Positions 31,535 through 44,000 of a stretch of DNA of 45,358 nucleotides are shown here, piece after piece. The stretch's first letter is position 1, and every line of letters begins with the position of its first letter. The position numbers and the translations under genes are program-made. Origin of the DNA: an uncultured cyanobacterium (lineage in GTDB: Bacteria > Cyanobacteriota > Cyanobacteriia > Cyanobacteriales > Microcystaceae). Under the pieces are notes generated by a model, which did not search any database, was not told the DNA's origin, and saw only the letters and a list, made by a program, of their open reading frames with translations. The stretch lies in NCBI GenBank assembly GCA_963807635.1, contig CAWEDJ010000100.1:1-45358 (forward strand). The letters are read 5' to 3'.

Positions 31535-33790
31535 ATGAATGCCATCGCCACTCTGCCCAACCAGGCTACCATTCTTCCAACTTTTCAAGCCCCCAACATA
31601 GAACTACCGAGCTGGCTACAGGATTGTATGGAGCAATATCAGGCAAATCCCAAAGCCGAGGATTTTTGTTTAATTTGTCAGGCGTTCAAATTTGCCTACG
31701 AGTTGCATGAAGGGCAATATCGCAAATCGGGAGAACCTTATATTATTCATCCCATTGCAGTGGCGGGATTGCTTCGGGATTTGGGGGGTGATCGCGCCAT
31801 GATTGCGGCGGGTTTTCTCCATGATGTCGTGGAAGATACGATGGTTACGGTGCAAGAAATCGAAGAGAGATTTGGGAAAGAGACGGCGGTTTTAGTAGAA
31901 GGGGTGACAAAGCTTTCTAAACTCAATTTTTCCAGTAAAACTGAACACCAGGCAGAAAATTTTCGGCGGATGTTCCTGGCGATGGCTAAAGATATTCGGG
32001 TGATTGTGGTCAAGTTGGCGGATCGACTTCATAATATGCGAACTTTGGAGTCTCTTTCTTCTGAAAAACAACGACGCATTGCACGGGAAACGAAGGATAT
32101 TTTTGCCCCTTTAGCGAATCGCTTAGGAATTTGGCGATTTAAGTGGGAATTAGAAGATTTATCTTTTAAATATTTAGAACCTGAAGCCTATCGTAATATT
32201 CAATCCCTGGTGGCTGAAAAAAGAGGCGATCGCGAAGATCGTTTAGAACGGGTCAAAAAAACGCTCCTGAAACGCTTAGAAGATATTGGGGTAGAGTTAC
32301 TAGAACTCCAGGGACGACCCAAGCATCTCTATGGTATTTATCATAAAATGGAGCAGCAAAATAAGGAATTTGAAGAAATTTATGACATTGCGGCTCTACG
32401 AATTATTGTTAAAACTAATGAAGATTGTTACCGCGCCCTGGCTATTGTTCATGATGCTTTTCGACCGATCCCTGGACGCTTTAAGGATTACATCGGTTTA
32501 CCCAAACCCAACCGCTATCAATCTTTGCATACCACTGTTGTGGGCTTAAACGGTCGGCCCTTGGAAGTACAAATTCGCACCTTGGAAATGCACCACATTG
32601 CGGAGTACGGGATTGCGGCCCACTGGAAATATAAGGAGTCGGGGAATTCTAACCCAACCCAGTTGACCTCTGCGGATGAAAAATTTACCTGGTTGCGGCA
32701 GTTGTTAGATTGGCCCAGCGACATGAAAGATCCCCAGGAATATGTGGATCACCTTAAACATAATTTATTTGATGATGATGTTTATGTCTTCACTCCCCAG
32801 GGAGATGTTATTTCCCTGACTAGAGGTGCAACCCCCGTTGATTTTGCCTATCGCATCCATACGGAAGTCGGTCACCACATGAAAGGAGCGAGGGTTAATG
32901 GGCAATGGTTAGGGGTGGATACGGTTTTAAAGAACGGCGATATTGTTGAGATTATTACCCAGAAAAATGCCCATCCTAGTATGGATTGGCTCAATGTTGC
33001 GGTCACAACGGGTGCGAAACATCGTATTCGTCAATGGTTTAAGCGATCGCGTCGGGATGAAAATATTCTTCGGGGTCGAGAACTATTAGAAAAAGATTTG
33101 GGGAAAAGTGGCTTAGATGCTTTGTTAAAGTCCGCTCCCATGCAAGCAGTGGCCGAACGCTGCAATTATCATTCTGTGGAAGACCTTTTGGCGGGCTTGG
33201 GTTACGGAGAGATTACCCAAACTCATGTTGTTAATCGTCTGAGAGAAATTACCGTCAAAGCCCAGCAACCTGAACCCCATACGATCCCGACGCTCAATCC
33301 TTCTTCGCCATCGACTCAATCGGGCAAAGGAACGAAGTCTCCCATCGCGGGCGTAGAGGGTCTGCTCTACCATATTGCAGGGTGTTGTCATCCGTTACCT
33401 GGTCAACCGATTTTGGGGGTAGTCACGCGGGGGGCAAAAGGGATTTCCATCCATCAACAGGGTTGCCCTAATGTGGAAGGGGTAGAAGGCGATCGCTTAA
33501 TTCCCGTGAAATGGAATCGTATTCATGACAATGGCCAGACCTATCCTGTGGATCTAATTATCGAAGCGTTGGACAGGGTGGGTGTTTTCAAGGATATTTT
33601 ATCTCGTTTAAGTGATCAAAATATTAATGTGCGAAATGCGGGAGTCAAGACAAACAGGGGCCAACCTGCCATCATTAGTTTACAAATTGATATCAAGGAT
33701 CATGAACAGTTGGAACACATCATGGCCAAGATTAAAAATATGGGGGATATTCTCCATCTTCGTCGGGTCAATACGGTAGATGTTGGCTAA
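31535..33790 (+). CDS. spoT: Bifunctional (p)ppGpp synthetase/hydrolase (HD - synthetase - TGS - ACT)
   Basis: HEGQYRKSGEPYIIHP, FLHDVVED, KLADRLHNMRTL, KDYIGLPKPNRYQSLHT, GIAAHWKYK and DFAYRIHTEVG. Probable start MNAIAT at 31535. Confidence 0.96.
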   Translation: MNAIATLPNQATILPTFQAPNIELPSWLQDCMEQYQANPKAEDFCLICQAFKFAYELHEGQYRKSGEPYIIHPIAVAGLLRDLGGDRAMIAAGFLHDVVEDTMVTVQEIEERFGKETAVLVEGVTKLSKLNFSSKTEHQAENFRRMFLAMAKDIRVIVVKLADRLHNMRTLESLSSEKQRRIARETKDIFAPLANRLGIWRFKWELEDLSFKYLEPEAYRNIQSLVAEKRGDREDRLERVKKTLLKRLEDIGVELLELQGRPKHLYGIYHKMEQQNKEFEEIYDIAALRIIVKTNEDCYRALAIVHDAFRPIPGRFKDYIGLPKPNRYQSLHTTVVGLNGRPLEVQIRTLEMHHIAEYGIAAHWKYKESGNSNPTQLTSADEKFTWLRQLLDWPSDMKDPQEYVDHLKHNLFDDDVYVFTPQGDVISLTRGATPVDFAYRIHTEVGHHMKGARVNGQWLGVDTVLKNGDIVEIITQKNAHPSMDWLNVAVTTGAKHRIRQWFKRSRRDENILRGRELLEKDLGKSGLDALLKSAPMQAVAERCNYHSVEDLLAGLGYGEITQTHVVNRLREITVKAQQPEPHTIPTLNPSSPSTQSGKGTKSPIAGVEGLLYHIAGCCHPLPGQPILGVVTRGAKGISIHQQGCPNVEGVEGDRLIPVKWNRIHDNGQTYPVDLIIEALDRVGVFKDILSRLSDQNINVRNAGVKTNRGQPAIISLQIDIKDHEQLEHIMAKIKNMGDILHLRRVNTVDVG

Positions 33791-33804
33791 AAAGAAGCAA
33801 AATT

Positions 33805-34860
33805 TTATTTTTTTTCGAGTTCTGCTAATTTCTTTTCTAACTGTTTAACTGTTTGATAGATTTCGGGTAAGCGTTTATAAATCGCTGAAGATTTTAGATA
33901 AATCTTATGGGGAACGGCGGGACTACTGGAGACGATTTCCCCAGGCGCGACATCGTTATGAATACCACTTTGGGCAAAGGCGATCGCCCCGTCTCCAATT
34001 TTTGCTTGATTGGCAACCCCGACTTGACCTGCGAGGATAACGCGATCGCCAATTTTTACTCCCCCTGCAAGACCGACCTGGGCCGCCATTGCACAATTTT
34101 TGCCGATCTGACAACCATGAGCAATATGTACCAAATTATCGAGTTTGGTATTTTTGCCGATGCGCGTTTCTCCGACGGCAGGACGATCCACCGTACTATT
34201 GCAACCAATTTCTACCCCGTCTTCGAGGACAACGTAACCCGATTGTTCCATTTTTAACCATCCATCGGCGGTCGGGACAAAGCCAAAACCTTCTGCCCCA
34301 ATCACCGCGCCACTGTGGATCACGCAATCATTTCCCATTTGTACCCGTTCATGGATCGTACAATTGGCGTGCAGAATCACGCGATCGCCAATTTTTGCCC
34401 CTGGATAAATCACCACATTGGGATGAATACAAACGCGATCGCCCAAAGTGACACCTGCTTCAATCACCACATGGGGGCCGATGTAAATATCTCGACCCAA
34501 AACCACTGAAGGATCGATCACGGCTGTAGGATGAATGCGGGGAGCGGGCTGAAAGGGTTGATAAAAAAGTCGAATCACTTGGGCAAAGAGTAGACGGGGA
34601 TCGGACGTTGCTATCCATGCGATTCCTTGGGCAGTTGCTTGGGCTTGTAGGGATTCATCAAGGGGTAAAATCAAGGCATTAGCGGCAGTTTTAGTGAGCA
34701 TTCCCGCAAATTTTGTCCCCTCAATATAGCTGAGTTGACCCAGGACGGCTTCATCAATGGCGGCAACTCCTTGAATTTCTGGATTATGGTCGGGTTGAGC
34801 CGTGAGACTATGGGCTTTGATAGAAGGACTTAATTTTTCAACTACTTCGCTAAATTGCAT
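33805..34860 (-). CDS. lpxD: UDP-3-O-(3-hydroxyacyl)glucosamine N-acyltransferase
   Basis: Hexapeptide repeats, [18 protein letters not shown] and [12 protein letters not shown]. Confidence 0.96.
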   Translation of the reverse strand: MQFSEVVEKLSPSIKAHSLTAQPDHNPEIQGVAAIDEAVLGQLSYIEGTKFAGMLTKTAANALILPLDESLQAQATAQGIAWIATSDPRLLFAQVIRLFYQPFQPAPRIHPTAVIDPSVVLGRDIYIGPHVVIEAGVTLGDRVCIHPNVVIYPGAKIGDRVILHANCTIHERVQMGNDCVIHSGAVIGAEGFGFVPTADGWLKMEQSGYVVLEDGVEIGCNSTVDRPAVGETRIGKNTKLDNLVHIAHGCQIGKNCAMAAQVGLAGGVKIGDRVILAGQVGVANQAKIGDGAIAFAQSGIHNDVAPGEIVSSSPAVPHKIYLKSSAIYKRLPEIYQTVKQLEKKLAELEKK

Positions 34861-35012
34861 GGGGATTCCTTGATGTATCCAGATTTTTTCTTACTGAATT
34901 ATACGCTTTGGGCTTCCGTTATTAAAGAAAAATAGAGGCGATCGCAATTCGATAAACTCACTGACTGTAATTTGCCCCTATTCAAGGTTTTTGCAGATTT
35001 GTATCGGCTTTT

Positions 35013-38000
35013 TTACCAAGGATTGCCAATCAATGTAAAAGCACTCCAGTAATAAGGATGGCTTGTATCCATATTTTTAAAATTTCGACGTAGAGAGAGA
35101 GGAACGGAGATGCTCAAGGAGCGATTATTGTCCCCGATCAGCATCTGATTTTTTTGAAGGCTAACTTTTTTGTGGAGCAAGCTCAACTGGGCTTGACGTA
35201 GGGCATCCGCTTTTGTGGGAGCTTCTTTTAGTTGGTTATAAAAACTGGTCATTAATGCCAGGGTTCCTGCATCGCTGACGTACCACAAGCTACCTAACGC
35301 TGTTCTAACTCCCGTTTTGACCGCTAATCCCGCAAATCCTAATTCAGCGTCGGGATCTCCCAAGGCAGTTTGACAAGCCGACAGGGTTAAAAGATCAATG
35401 GGTCGGTCTAATCCTAAATTGGCAAATTCATCTAGAGTTAGTTTTTTGTCACTGAACACTACAAAGGAATTGTTGCGATCGCCAGACTTGAATTCTCCGT
35501 GAGTAGCGAGGTGAACAATACTAAACTGATTAGAATTGAGAGCATTTTTAAAATTTTCGACGGTAAAATCTTGGTTTAAAAATATCTGACCTGGCCAAAT
35601 ATTTTTTGCAATTTCTGTTAATTCAGTAGGTACGGCGGGTAAAGGATTTTGATCAGAAAAAGTATCCGCTCCCATCCCTAAAACCTTTGCTCCTCGACGA
35701 TCTTGACGAGTTGTATCCGTGAGAGAAAGACTCGGAATTAAACTAACACTATATTTTTCAATAATGTATTGCTGGCTATCCGCATCATAAAGAGCCGCTA
35801 GGGGGAGAGAACGCAAACCCTGATCCAATACAAAGGTAAGGTTAGTAATCTCCTGATTTTTAAGAGCATCCTCAATCGGGCTAATTAACCACTGATAAAG
35901 TTGCTTGGATTGGGGTAGAAAATCTTCTACAGGAGCAATATTCGTTAGATTTTGTTGTAGTTGTAAAGAAGCTTTCAGGACTTGCTCACGAGTAACACCT
36001 TGAATGGATAGGGGCAAAATATTTTGGTCGCTTACTAAGACCACCTCTAGCTGATCATCATTTTTTCTTTCGGTATTCGCAGTTGAATTACGGGCGCGAT
36101 TTAATTCCCACAGCGAACTATTTTCCGTCAAAGACTCAGATTTAGCAGAACGAAAGAAGACATAAATTAAGACAGATTTTACCCCAGTGACTTGTTGAAC
36201 ACTCGTTAAAATGCTTGGAATATTGTTTAAGGGAATTTCAGGTTTAGAAGGAAGACCTAACTGATTGCTATAATCTGTTGTAAAACTTTTATCGAGGGTA
36301 TCGACAACCGCTACTGTCCCTTTTTGTGAAGAGTATGTAGTTAAACTATTGGAAGAAGTGGATGATTTTGATGGAACTTCGGAAGAAGAAGCTGGAGTCT
36401 GAGATGTGGAATCCTGTTGATTAGGTGGATTTACAAAAATAGGTACTTGGCTATCGGTTATGGGAAGTGAAATTCCATTATTCAAGAAGATATTACCGTT
36501 GGTGTTATTGAAAAGATAGGATTGGGTGGGATTGATAGTATATTCTCCCGATGTAATGGCTCCTTGTGTTCCATTTGCGCTGGCATTCCCGACAGTAAAT
36601 GGAGTATTTCCATTACCTCCATTACGAATGGTAATTGTTCCTCCTCCTTGGGAACCTGCACTGGAAAGACTTGCTGTCACACCATTTTGATCAACAAATG
36701 TTTGTGTCGCTCGGAAAAATCGGGCCGTTGTTATGTCAATATTTCCTCCCACACCGTTGGTACTTTGAGCATTAATATAACCCACTTGAACATCGTTATC
36801 TGGATCGATAAAAACATTGCCTGCCTTCTCTCCAGAGGTCGTAATTGCTCCTGTTGTAATAGCGGTTTTGGCTTTTATGGTAATATCTCCGCCGCTTGTG
36901 GAACCTGCTGTATTTAAGTTGCCTGTGTTGATTGAACCCGAAGTTGCGGTTAGGGCTAACTTTGCCCCAGTTGCGCTCGTATTAGATAGATCAATGTTTT
37001 GGGTTTTAAGGTTCTCTCCCGCCTGTACATTGAGGGAATGACTACCTTGAATATTTCCTGTTACGTTAATATTTCCACTGTTTCCCGTACTAATTGTGGC
37101 AATATTCCCTAGAGTAATGTTGCCATTGATGCTTAGATTTTGTCCTTGAGTCGTCAAGTCTGCATTAAGATTTGTGATCCCATTTAGGGTAAGTTTTCCT
37201 TTGGTATTAATCGCTTGATTAACGGTAATCGTATTGTTGGCGGCGGCTAAATTGAGATCAAAATTAAACGCGATCGCCTCTGCAACCGTAATAGGACTGT
37301 TATCATTTCCAATCGTCACGCTACTAAAATTAGGCGAAATGAGACTTAATTCGGCGGTGGTCAGATCCAGCGCATTGGAATCGATTGTGTTTGTGCCTCC
37401 GATTAAAATATTGCGCCCCGAACTACTAGACTGAAAAGTAAGTTTTCCTGTTCCTTGAATAGAGCCTGTCCAATCAATTTTATCAGCAATAAAGGTAATA
37501 TTTTGATTGTTCGTTTTGACCGTGTCAGCAAAGACAATGCTAGATTTACCTGCATTAAAAGTTACATCGTTAGTAATAGTAACGGGATTCTCAAAATAAA
37601 GAGGAGTAGTCCCATTAGTCGTTAGATTAGCATTAAGATTAGTTATACCTTTAAAGGTGATTGAGGCATCATCTTGTCCGTCGATTGTGTTATTGACATT
37701 AATTGAGCCAGAAGGAGAACTTAAGGTAATAGAGTCATTAAAAATTACATTTCCTACTACATTAATCAAACTGCTACTATCGGAACGTCCAATAGTAATG
37801 GACTTAAATCCATTTTGAATAGTATTTAATTCGGAGCTATCAAGATTAAAGGTTCCTGTTGCACCATTACCATCACCAATATCAATAGATGTTGATGCGT
37901 TTAAAGGCTGTAAGAACAAATTACCTTTACCTTGAATTAAGGTTGATGACAAGTTGATTAAATTACCCGATATGATAATATCTCTTGAACTTTGCGGATT

Positions 38001-41000
38001 GCCAATGGGAGAGGTTGAATCAAAATTAGGAGCATTAAATCCCGCGATAGCAACTCCAAATTGAGAACCTTCTCCAATGATACTAATTGTTCCTGTCGCT
38101 ATTGGGTCATTACCGATTTTGGCACTAATAAATACGCCTCCTCCATTACTATTTGCCAAATCATTTTTTCCATCAATAGTGATCGTTCCTGTACTTGAAA
38201 TAGTTCCTGGGCTTATTACAATTCCTTCTACTATTCCATTACCATTAAAAGCATTATTAGATAATGCTTGTCCAGTTAAGGTAATATTTCCACTATTACT
38301 TATAATAGATGGTATCCCGTTTTTAAGTAATATGCCTTCACCTGCTGTATCTCCAGCTTTTCCTTTTAATGTAATATTGCCAGTGGTGGAGCTAATATTA
38401 GCATTGTTAATATAGATACCATCAAAACTTCCTGTCGTGGCAGTTGTTTGTTGATTGGCATTTAAGTTAATTGCACCGCTAGTGGTTGTAATACTGGAAC
38501 CCGAATTTAGCGTAATACTTCGAGCCGCATCAAATTGAATATTTCCTGTTCCTGTGTTGATAGCAGAATTGGCATTTAGAATAATATCTTGAACTGCATT
38601 AATGCTAAAATTATTCGTCGTCCCTGTAACATTAGATAGAGTGAGATTACTTCCAGTAAGAGTTGTATTACCTTTTAACGTGACTGCATCGTTATAGGCT
38701 TGACTTCCTGTAGTAGTAATATCGCCATTAATTTGACTACTTCCTTCTGCGTCAGTGGTTACACTAGCTGCCTTGACTGTGTTATTAAATAGGGTTGTGC
38801 TACCACTATTAACGCTTAAGTTTCCTAATGCTTTTGTATTTCCGACTGAATCATTAAAGCTGATATTTCCTGTGCCACTGTTGAGGGTTAAATCGTTGGC
38901 TTCTCCACTTTGGGAGTCTACTGTTTTGTTGAAAGTGATGTTGCTGTTAGTAGTCGTTAAGGTTACAGGGTTCTGAATTTCTACGGTATCGTTATAAGTT
39001 TGATTTCCTGTGGTTTTAAGATCGCCATTAATTTGACTGCTTCCTTCTGCATCAGTGGTTAAACTAGTAGCCTTGACTGTGTTATTAAATAGGGTTGTAC
39101 CACCACTATTAACACTTAAGTTTCCTAATGCTTTTGTATTTCCGACTGAATCATTAAAGCTGATATTTCCTGTGCCACTGTTGAGGGTTAAATCGTTGGC
39201 TTTTCCACTTTGGGAGTCTACTGTTTTGTTGAAAGTGATGTTGCTGTTAGTAGTCGTTAAGGTTACAGGGTTCTGAATTTCTACGGTATCGTTATAAGTT
39301 TGATTTCCTGTGGTTATAATATCGCCATTAATTTGACTGCTTCCTGTTGCATCAGTGGTTAAACTAGTAGCCTTGACTGTGTTATTAAATAGGGTTGTAC
39401 CACCACTATTAACACTTAAGTTTCCTAATGAATTTATATTTCCTACCGAATTATTAAAGCTGACGTTTCCTGTGCCACTGTTGATGGTTAAAGCGTTGGC
39501 TTTTCCACTTTGGGAGTCTACTGTTTTGTTGAAAGTGATGTTGCTGTTAGTAGTCGTTAAGGTTACAGGGTTCTGAATTTCTACGGTATCGTTATAAGTT
39601 TGATTTCCTGTGGTTATAATATCGCCATTAATTTGACTGCTTCCTGTTGCATCAGTGGTTAAACTAGTAGCCTTGACTGTGTTATTAAATAGGGTTGTAC
39701 CACCACTATTAACACTTAAGTTTCCTAATGCTTTTGTATTTCCGACTGAATCATTAAAGCTGATATTTCCTGTGCCACTGTTGAGGGTTAAATCGTTGGC
39801 TTTTCCACTTTGGGAGTCTACTGTTTTGTTGAAAGTGATGTTGCTGTTAGTAGTCGTTAAGGTTACAGGGTTCTGAATTTCTACGGTATCGTTATAAGTT
39901 TGATTTCCTGTGGTTATAATATCGCCATTAATTTGACTGCTTCCTGTTGCATCAGTGGTTAAACTAGTAGCCTTGACTGTGTTATTAAATAGGGTTGTAC
40001 CACCACTATTAACACTTAAGTTTCCTAATGAATTTATATTTCCTACCGAATTATTAAAGCTGACGTTTCCTGTGCCACTGTTGATGGTTAAAGCGTTGGC
40101 TTTTCCACTTTGGGAGTCTACTGTTTTGTTGAAAGTGATGTTGCTGTTAGTAGTCGTTAAGGTTACAGGGTTCTGAATTTCTACGGTATCGTTATAAGTT
40201 TGATTTCCTGTGGTTTTAAGATCGCCATTAATTTGACTGCTTCCTTCTGCGTCAGTGGTTAAACTAGCTGCCTTGACTGTGTTATTAAATAGGGTTGTAC
40301 CACCACTATTAACACTTAAGTTTCCTAATGCTTTTGTATTTCCGACTGAATCATTAAAGCTGATATTTCCTGTGCCACTGTTGAGGGTTAAATCGTTGGC
40401 TTTTCCACTTTGGGAGTCTACTGTTTTGTTGAAAGTGATGTTGCTGTTAGTAGTCGTTAAGGTTACAGGGTTCTGAATTTCTACGGTATCGTTATAAGTT
40501 TGATTTCCTGTGGTTATAATATCGCCATTAATTTGACTGCTTCCTGTTGCATCAGTGGTTAAACTAGTAGCCTTGACTGTGTTATTAAATAGGGTTGTAC
40601 CACCACTATTAACACTTAAGTTTCCTAATGCTTTTGTATTTCCGACTGAATCATTAAAGTTGACATTTCCTGTGCCACTATTGAGGGTTAAATCGTTGGC
40701 TTCTCCACTTTGGGAGTCTACTGTTTTGTTGAAAGTGATGTTGCTGTTAGTAGTCGTTAAGGTTACAGGGTTCTGAATTTCTACGGTATCGTTATAAGTT
40801 TGATTTCCTGTGGTTATAATATCGCCATTAATTTGACTGCTTCCTGTTGCATCAGTGGTTAAACTAGTAGCCTTGACTGTGTTATTAAATAGGGTTGTAC
40901 CACCACTATTAACACTTAAGTTTCCTAATGCTTTTGTATTTCCGACTGAATCATTAAAGTTGACATTTCCTGTGCCACTATTGAGGGTTAAATCGTTGGC

Positions 41001-44000
41001 TTCTCCACTTTGGGAGTCTACTGTTTTGTTGAAAGTGATGTTGCTGTTAGTAGTCGTTAAGGTTACAGGGTTCTGAATTTCTACGGTATCGTTATAAGTT
41101 TGATTTCCTGTGGTTTTAAGATCGCCATTAATTTGACTGCTTCCTTCTGCGTCAGTGGTTACACTAGCTGCCTTGATTGTGTTATTAAATAGGGTTGTAC
41201 CACCACTATTAACACTTAAGTTTCCTAATGAAGTTGTATTTCCGACTGAATCATTAAAGCTGATATTTCCTGTGCCACTGTTGAGGGTTAAATCGTTGGC
41301 TTCTCCACTTTGGGAGTCTACTGTTTTGTTGAAAGTGATGTTGCTGTTAGTAGTCGTTAAGGTTACAGGGTTCTGAATTTCTACGGTATCGTTATAAGTT
41401 TGATTTCCTGTGGTTTTAAGATCGCCATTAATTTGACTACTTCCTGTTGCATCAGTGGTTAAACTAGCTGCCTTGACTGTGTTATTAAATAGGGTTGTAC
41501 CACCACTATTAACACTTAAGTTTCCTAATGCTTTTGTATTTCCGACTGAATCATTAAAGTTGACATTTCCTGTGCCACTGTTGAGGGTTAAACCGTTGGC
41601 TTCTCCACTTTGGGAGTCTACTGTTTTGTTGAAAATGATGTTGCTGTTAGTAGTAGTTAAGGTTACAGGGTTTTGAATTTCTATGGTATCGTTATAAGTT
41701 TGGTTTCCTGTGGTTATAATATCGCCATTAATTTGACTGCTTCCTGTTGCATCAGTGGTTAAACTAGTAGCCTTGACTGTGTTATTAAATAGGGTTGTAC
41801 CACCACTATTAACACTTAAGTTTCCTAATGCTTTTGTATTTCCGACTGAATCATTAAAGTTGACATTTCCTGTGCCACTGTTGAGGGTTAAATCGTTGGC
41901 TTCTCCACTTTGGGAGTCTACTGTTTTGTTGAAAGTGATGTTGCTGTTAGTAGTCGTTAAGGTTACAGGGTTCTGAATTTCTACGGTATCGTTATAAGTT
42001 TGATTTCCTGTGGTTTTAAGATCGCCATTAATTTGACTACTTCCTGTTGCATCAGTGGTTAAACTAGCTGCCTTAACTGTGTTATTAAATAGGGTTGTAC
42101 CACCACTATTAACACTTAAGTTTCCTAATGCTTTTGTATTTCCGACTGAATCATTAAAGTTGACATTTCCTGTGCCACTATTGAGGGTTAAACCGTTGGC
42201 TTCTCCACTTTGGGAGTCTACTGTTTTGTTGAAAGTGATGTTGCTGTTAGTAGTCGTTAAGGTTACAGGGTTCTGAATTTCTATGGTATCGTTATAAGTT
42301 TGATTTCCTGTGGTTTTAAGATCGCCATTAATTTGACTGCTTCCTTCTGCATCAGTGGTTAAACTAGCTGCCTTGACTGTGTTATTAAATAGGGTTGTAC
42401 CACCACTATTAACACTTAAGTTTCCTAATGCTTTTGTATTTCCGACTGAATCATTAAAGCTGATATTTCCTGTGCCACTGTTGAGGGTTAAATCGTTGGC
42501 TTTTCCACTTTGGGAGTCTACTGTTTTGTTGAAAGTGATGTTGCTGTTAGTAGTCGTTAAGGTTACAGGGTTCTGAATTTCTACGGTATCGTTATAAGTT
42601 TGATTTCCTGTGGTTATAATATCGCCATTAATTTGACTGCTTCCTGTTGCATCAGTGGTTAAACTAGTAGCCTTGACTGTGTTATTAAATAGGGTTGTAC
42701 CACCACTATTAACACTTAAGTTTCCTAATGCTTTTGTATTTCCGACTGAATCATTAAAGCTGATATTTCCTGTGCCACTGTTGAGGGTTAAATCGTTGGC
42801 TTTTCCACTTTGGGAGTCTACTGTTTTGTTGAAAGTGATGTTGCTGTTAGTAGTCGTTAAGGTTACAGGGTTCTGAATTTCTACGGTATCGTTATAAGTT
42901 TGATTTCCTGTGGTTATAATATCGCCATTAATTTGACTGCTTCCTGTTGCATCAGTGGTTAAACTAGTAGCCTTGACTGTGTTATTAAATAGGGTTGTAC
43001 CACCACTATTAACACTTAAGTTTCCTAATGAATTTATATTTCCTACCGAATTATTAAAGCTGACGTTTCCTGTGCCACTGTTGATGGTTAAAGCGTTGGC
43101 TTTTCCACTTTGGGAGTCTACTGTTTTGTTGAAAGTGATGTTGCTGTTAGTAGTCGTTAAGGTTACAGGGTTCTGAATTTCTACGGTATCGTTATAAGTT
43201 TGATTTCCTGTGGTTATAATATCGCCATTAATTTGACTGCTTCCTGTTGCATCAGTGGTTAAACTAGTAGCCTTGACTGTGTTATTAAATAGGGTTGTAC
43301 CACCACTATTAACACTTAAGTTTCCTAATGCTTTTGTATTTCCGACTGAATCATTAAAGCTGATATTTCCTGTGCCACTGTTGAGGGTTAAATCGTTGGC
43401 TTTTCCACTTTGGGAGTCTACTGTTTTGTTGAAAGTGATGTTGCTGTTAGTAGTCGTTAAGGTTACAGGGTTCTGAATTTCTACGGTATCGTTATAAGTT
43501 TGATTTCCTGTGGTTATAATATCGCCATTAATTTGACTGCTTCCTGTTGCATCAGTGGTTAAACTAGTAGCCTTGACTGTGTTATTAAATAGGGTTGTAC
43601 CACCACTATTAACACTTAAGTTTCCTAATGAATTTATATTTCCTACCGAATTATTAAAGCTGACGTTTCCTGTGCCACTGTTGATGGTTAAAGCGTTGGC
43701 TTTTCCACTTTGGGAGTCTACTGTTTTGTTGAAAGTGATGTTGCTGTTAGTAGTCGTTAAGGTTACAGGGTTCTGAATTTCTACGGTATCGTTATAAGTT
43801 TGATTTCCTGTGGTTATAATATCGCCATTAATTTGACTGCTTCCTTCTGCGTCAGTGGTTAAACTAGCTGCCTTGACTGTGTTATTAAATAGGGTTGTAC
43901 CACCACTATTAACACTTAAGTTTCCTAATGCTTTTGTATTTCCGACTGAATCATTAAAGCTGATATTTCCTGTGCCACTGTTGAGGGTTAAATCGTTGGC

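Noticed and set aside
34861..35012. CdiI-like immunity gene downstream of the CHAT domain
   Set aside because: The gap is only 152 bp and has no convincing ORF before lpxD.
667..37278. Abundant GCGATCGC octamers as a novel repeat
   Set aside because: This is the well-known cyanobacterial HIP1; I used it only as a taxonomic clue.
7715..37434. Numerous short overlapping or antisense ORFs in the track (e.g. 7715, 8015, 14449, 17450, 31747, 33907, 36522)
   Set aside because: They lie within well-supported genes and have no recognisable motifs.
35013..38159. ORF-track call of a 1,048-aa protein starting at TTG 38159
   Set aside because: The frame stays open upstream to the window edge; 38159 is an internal Leu codon.
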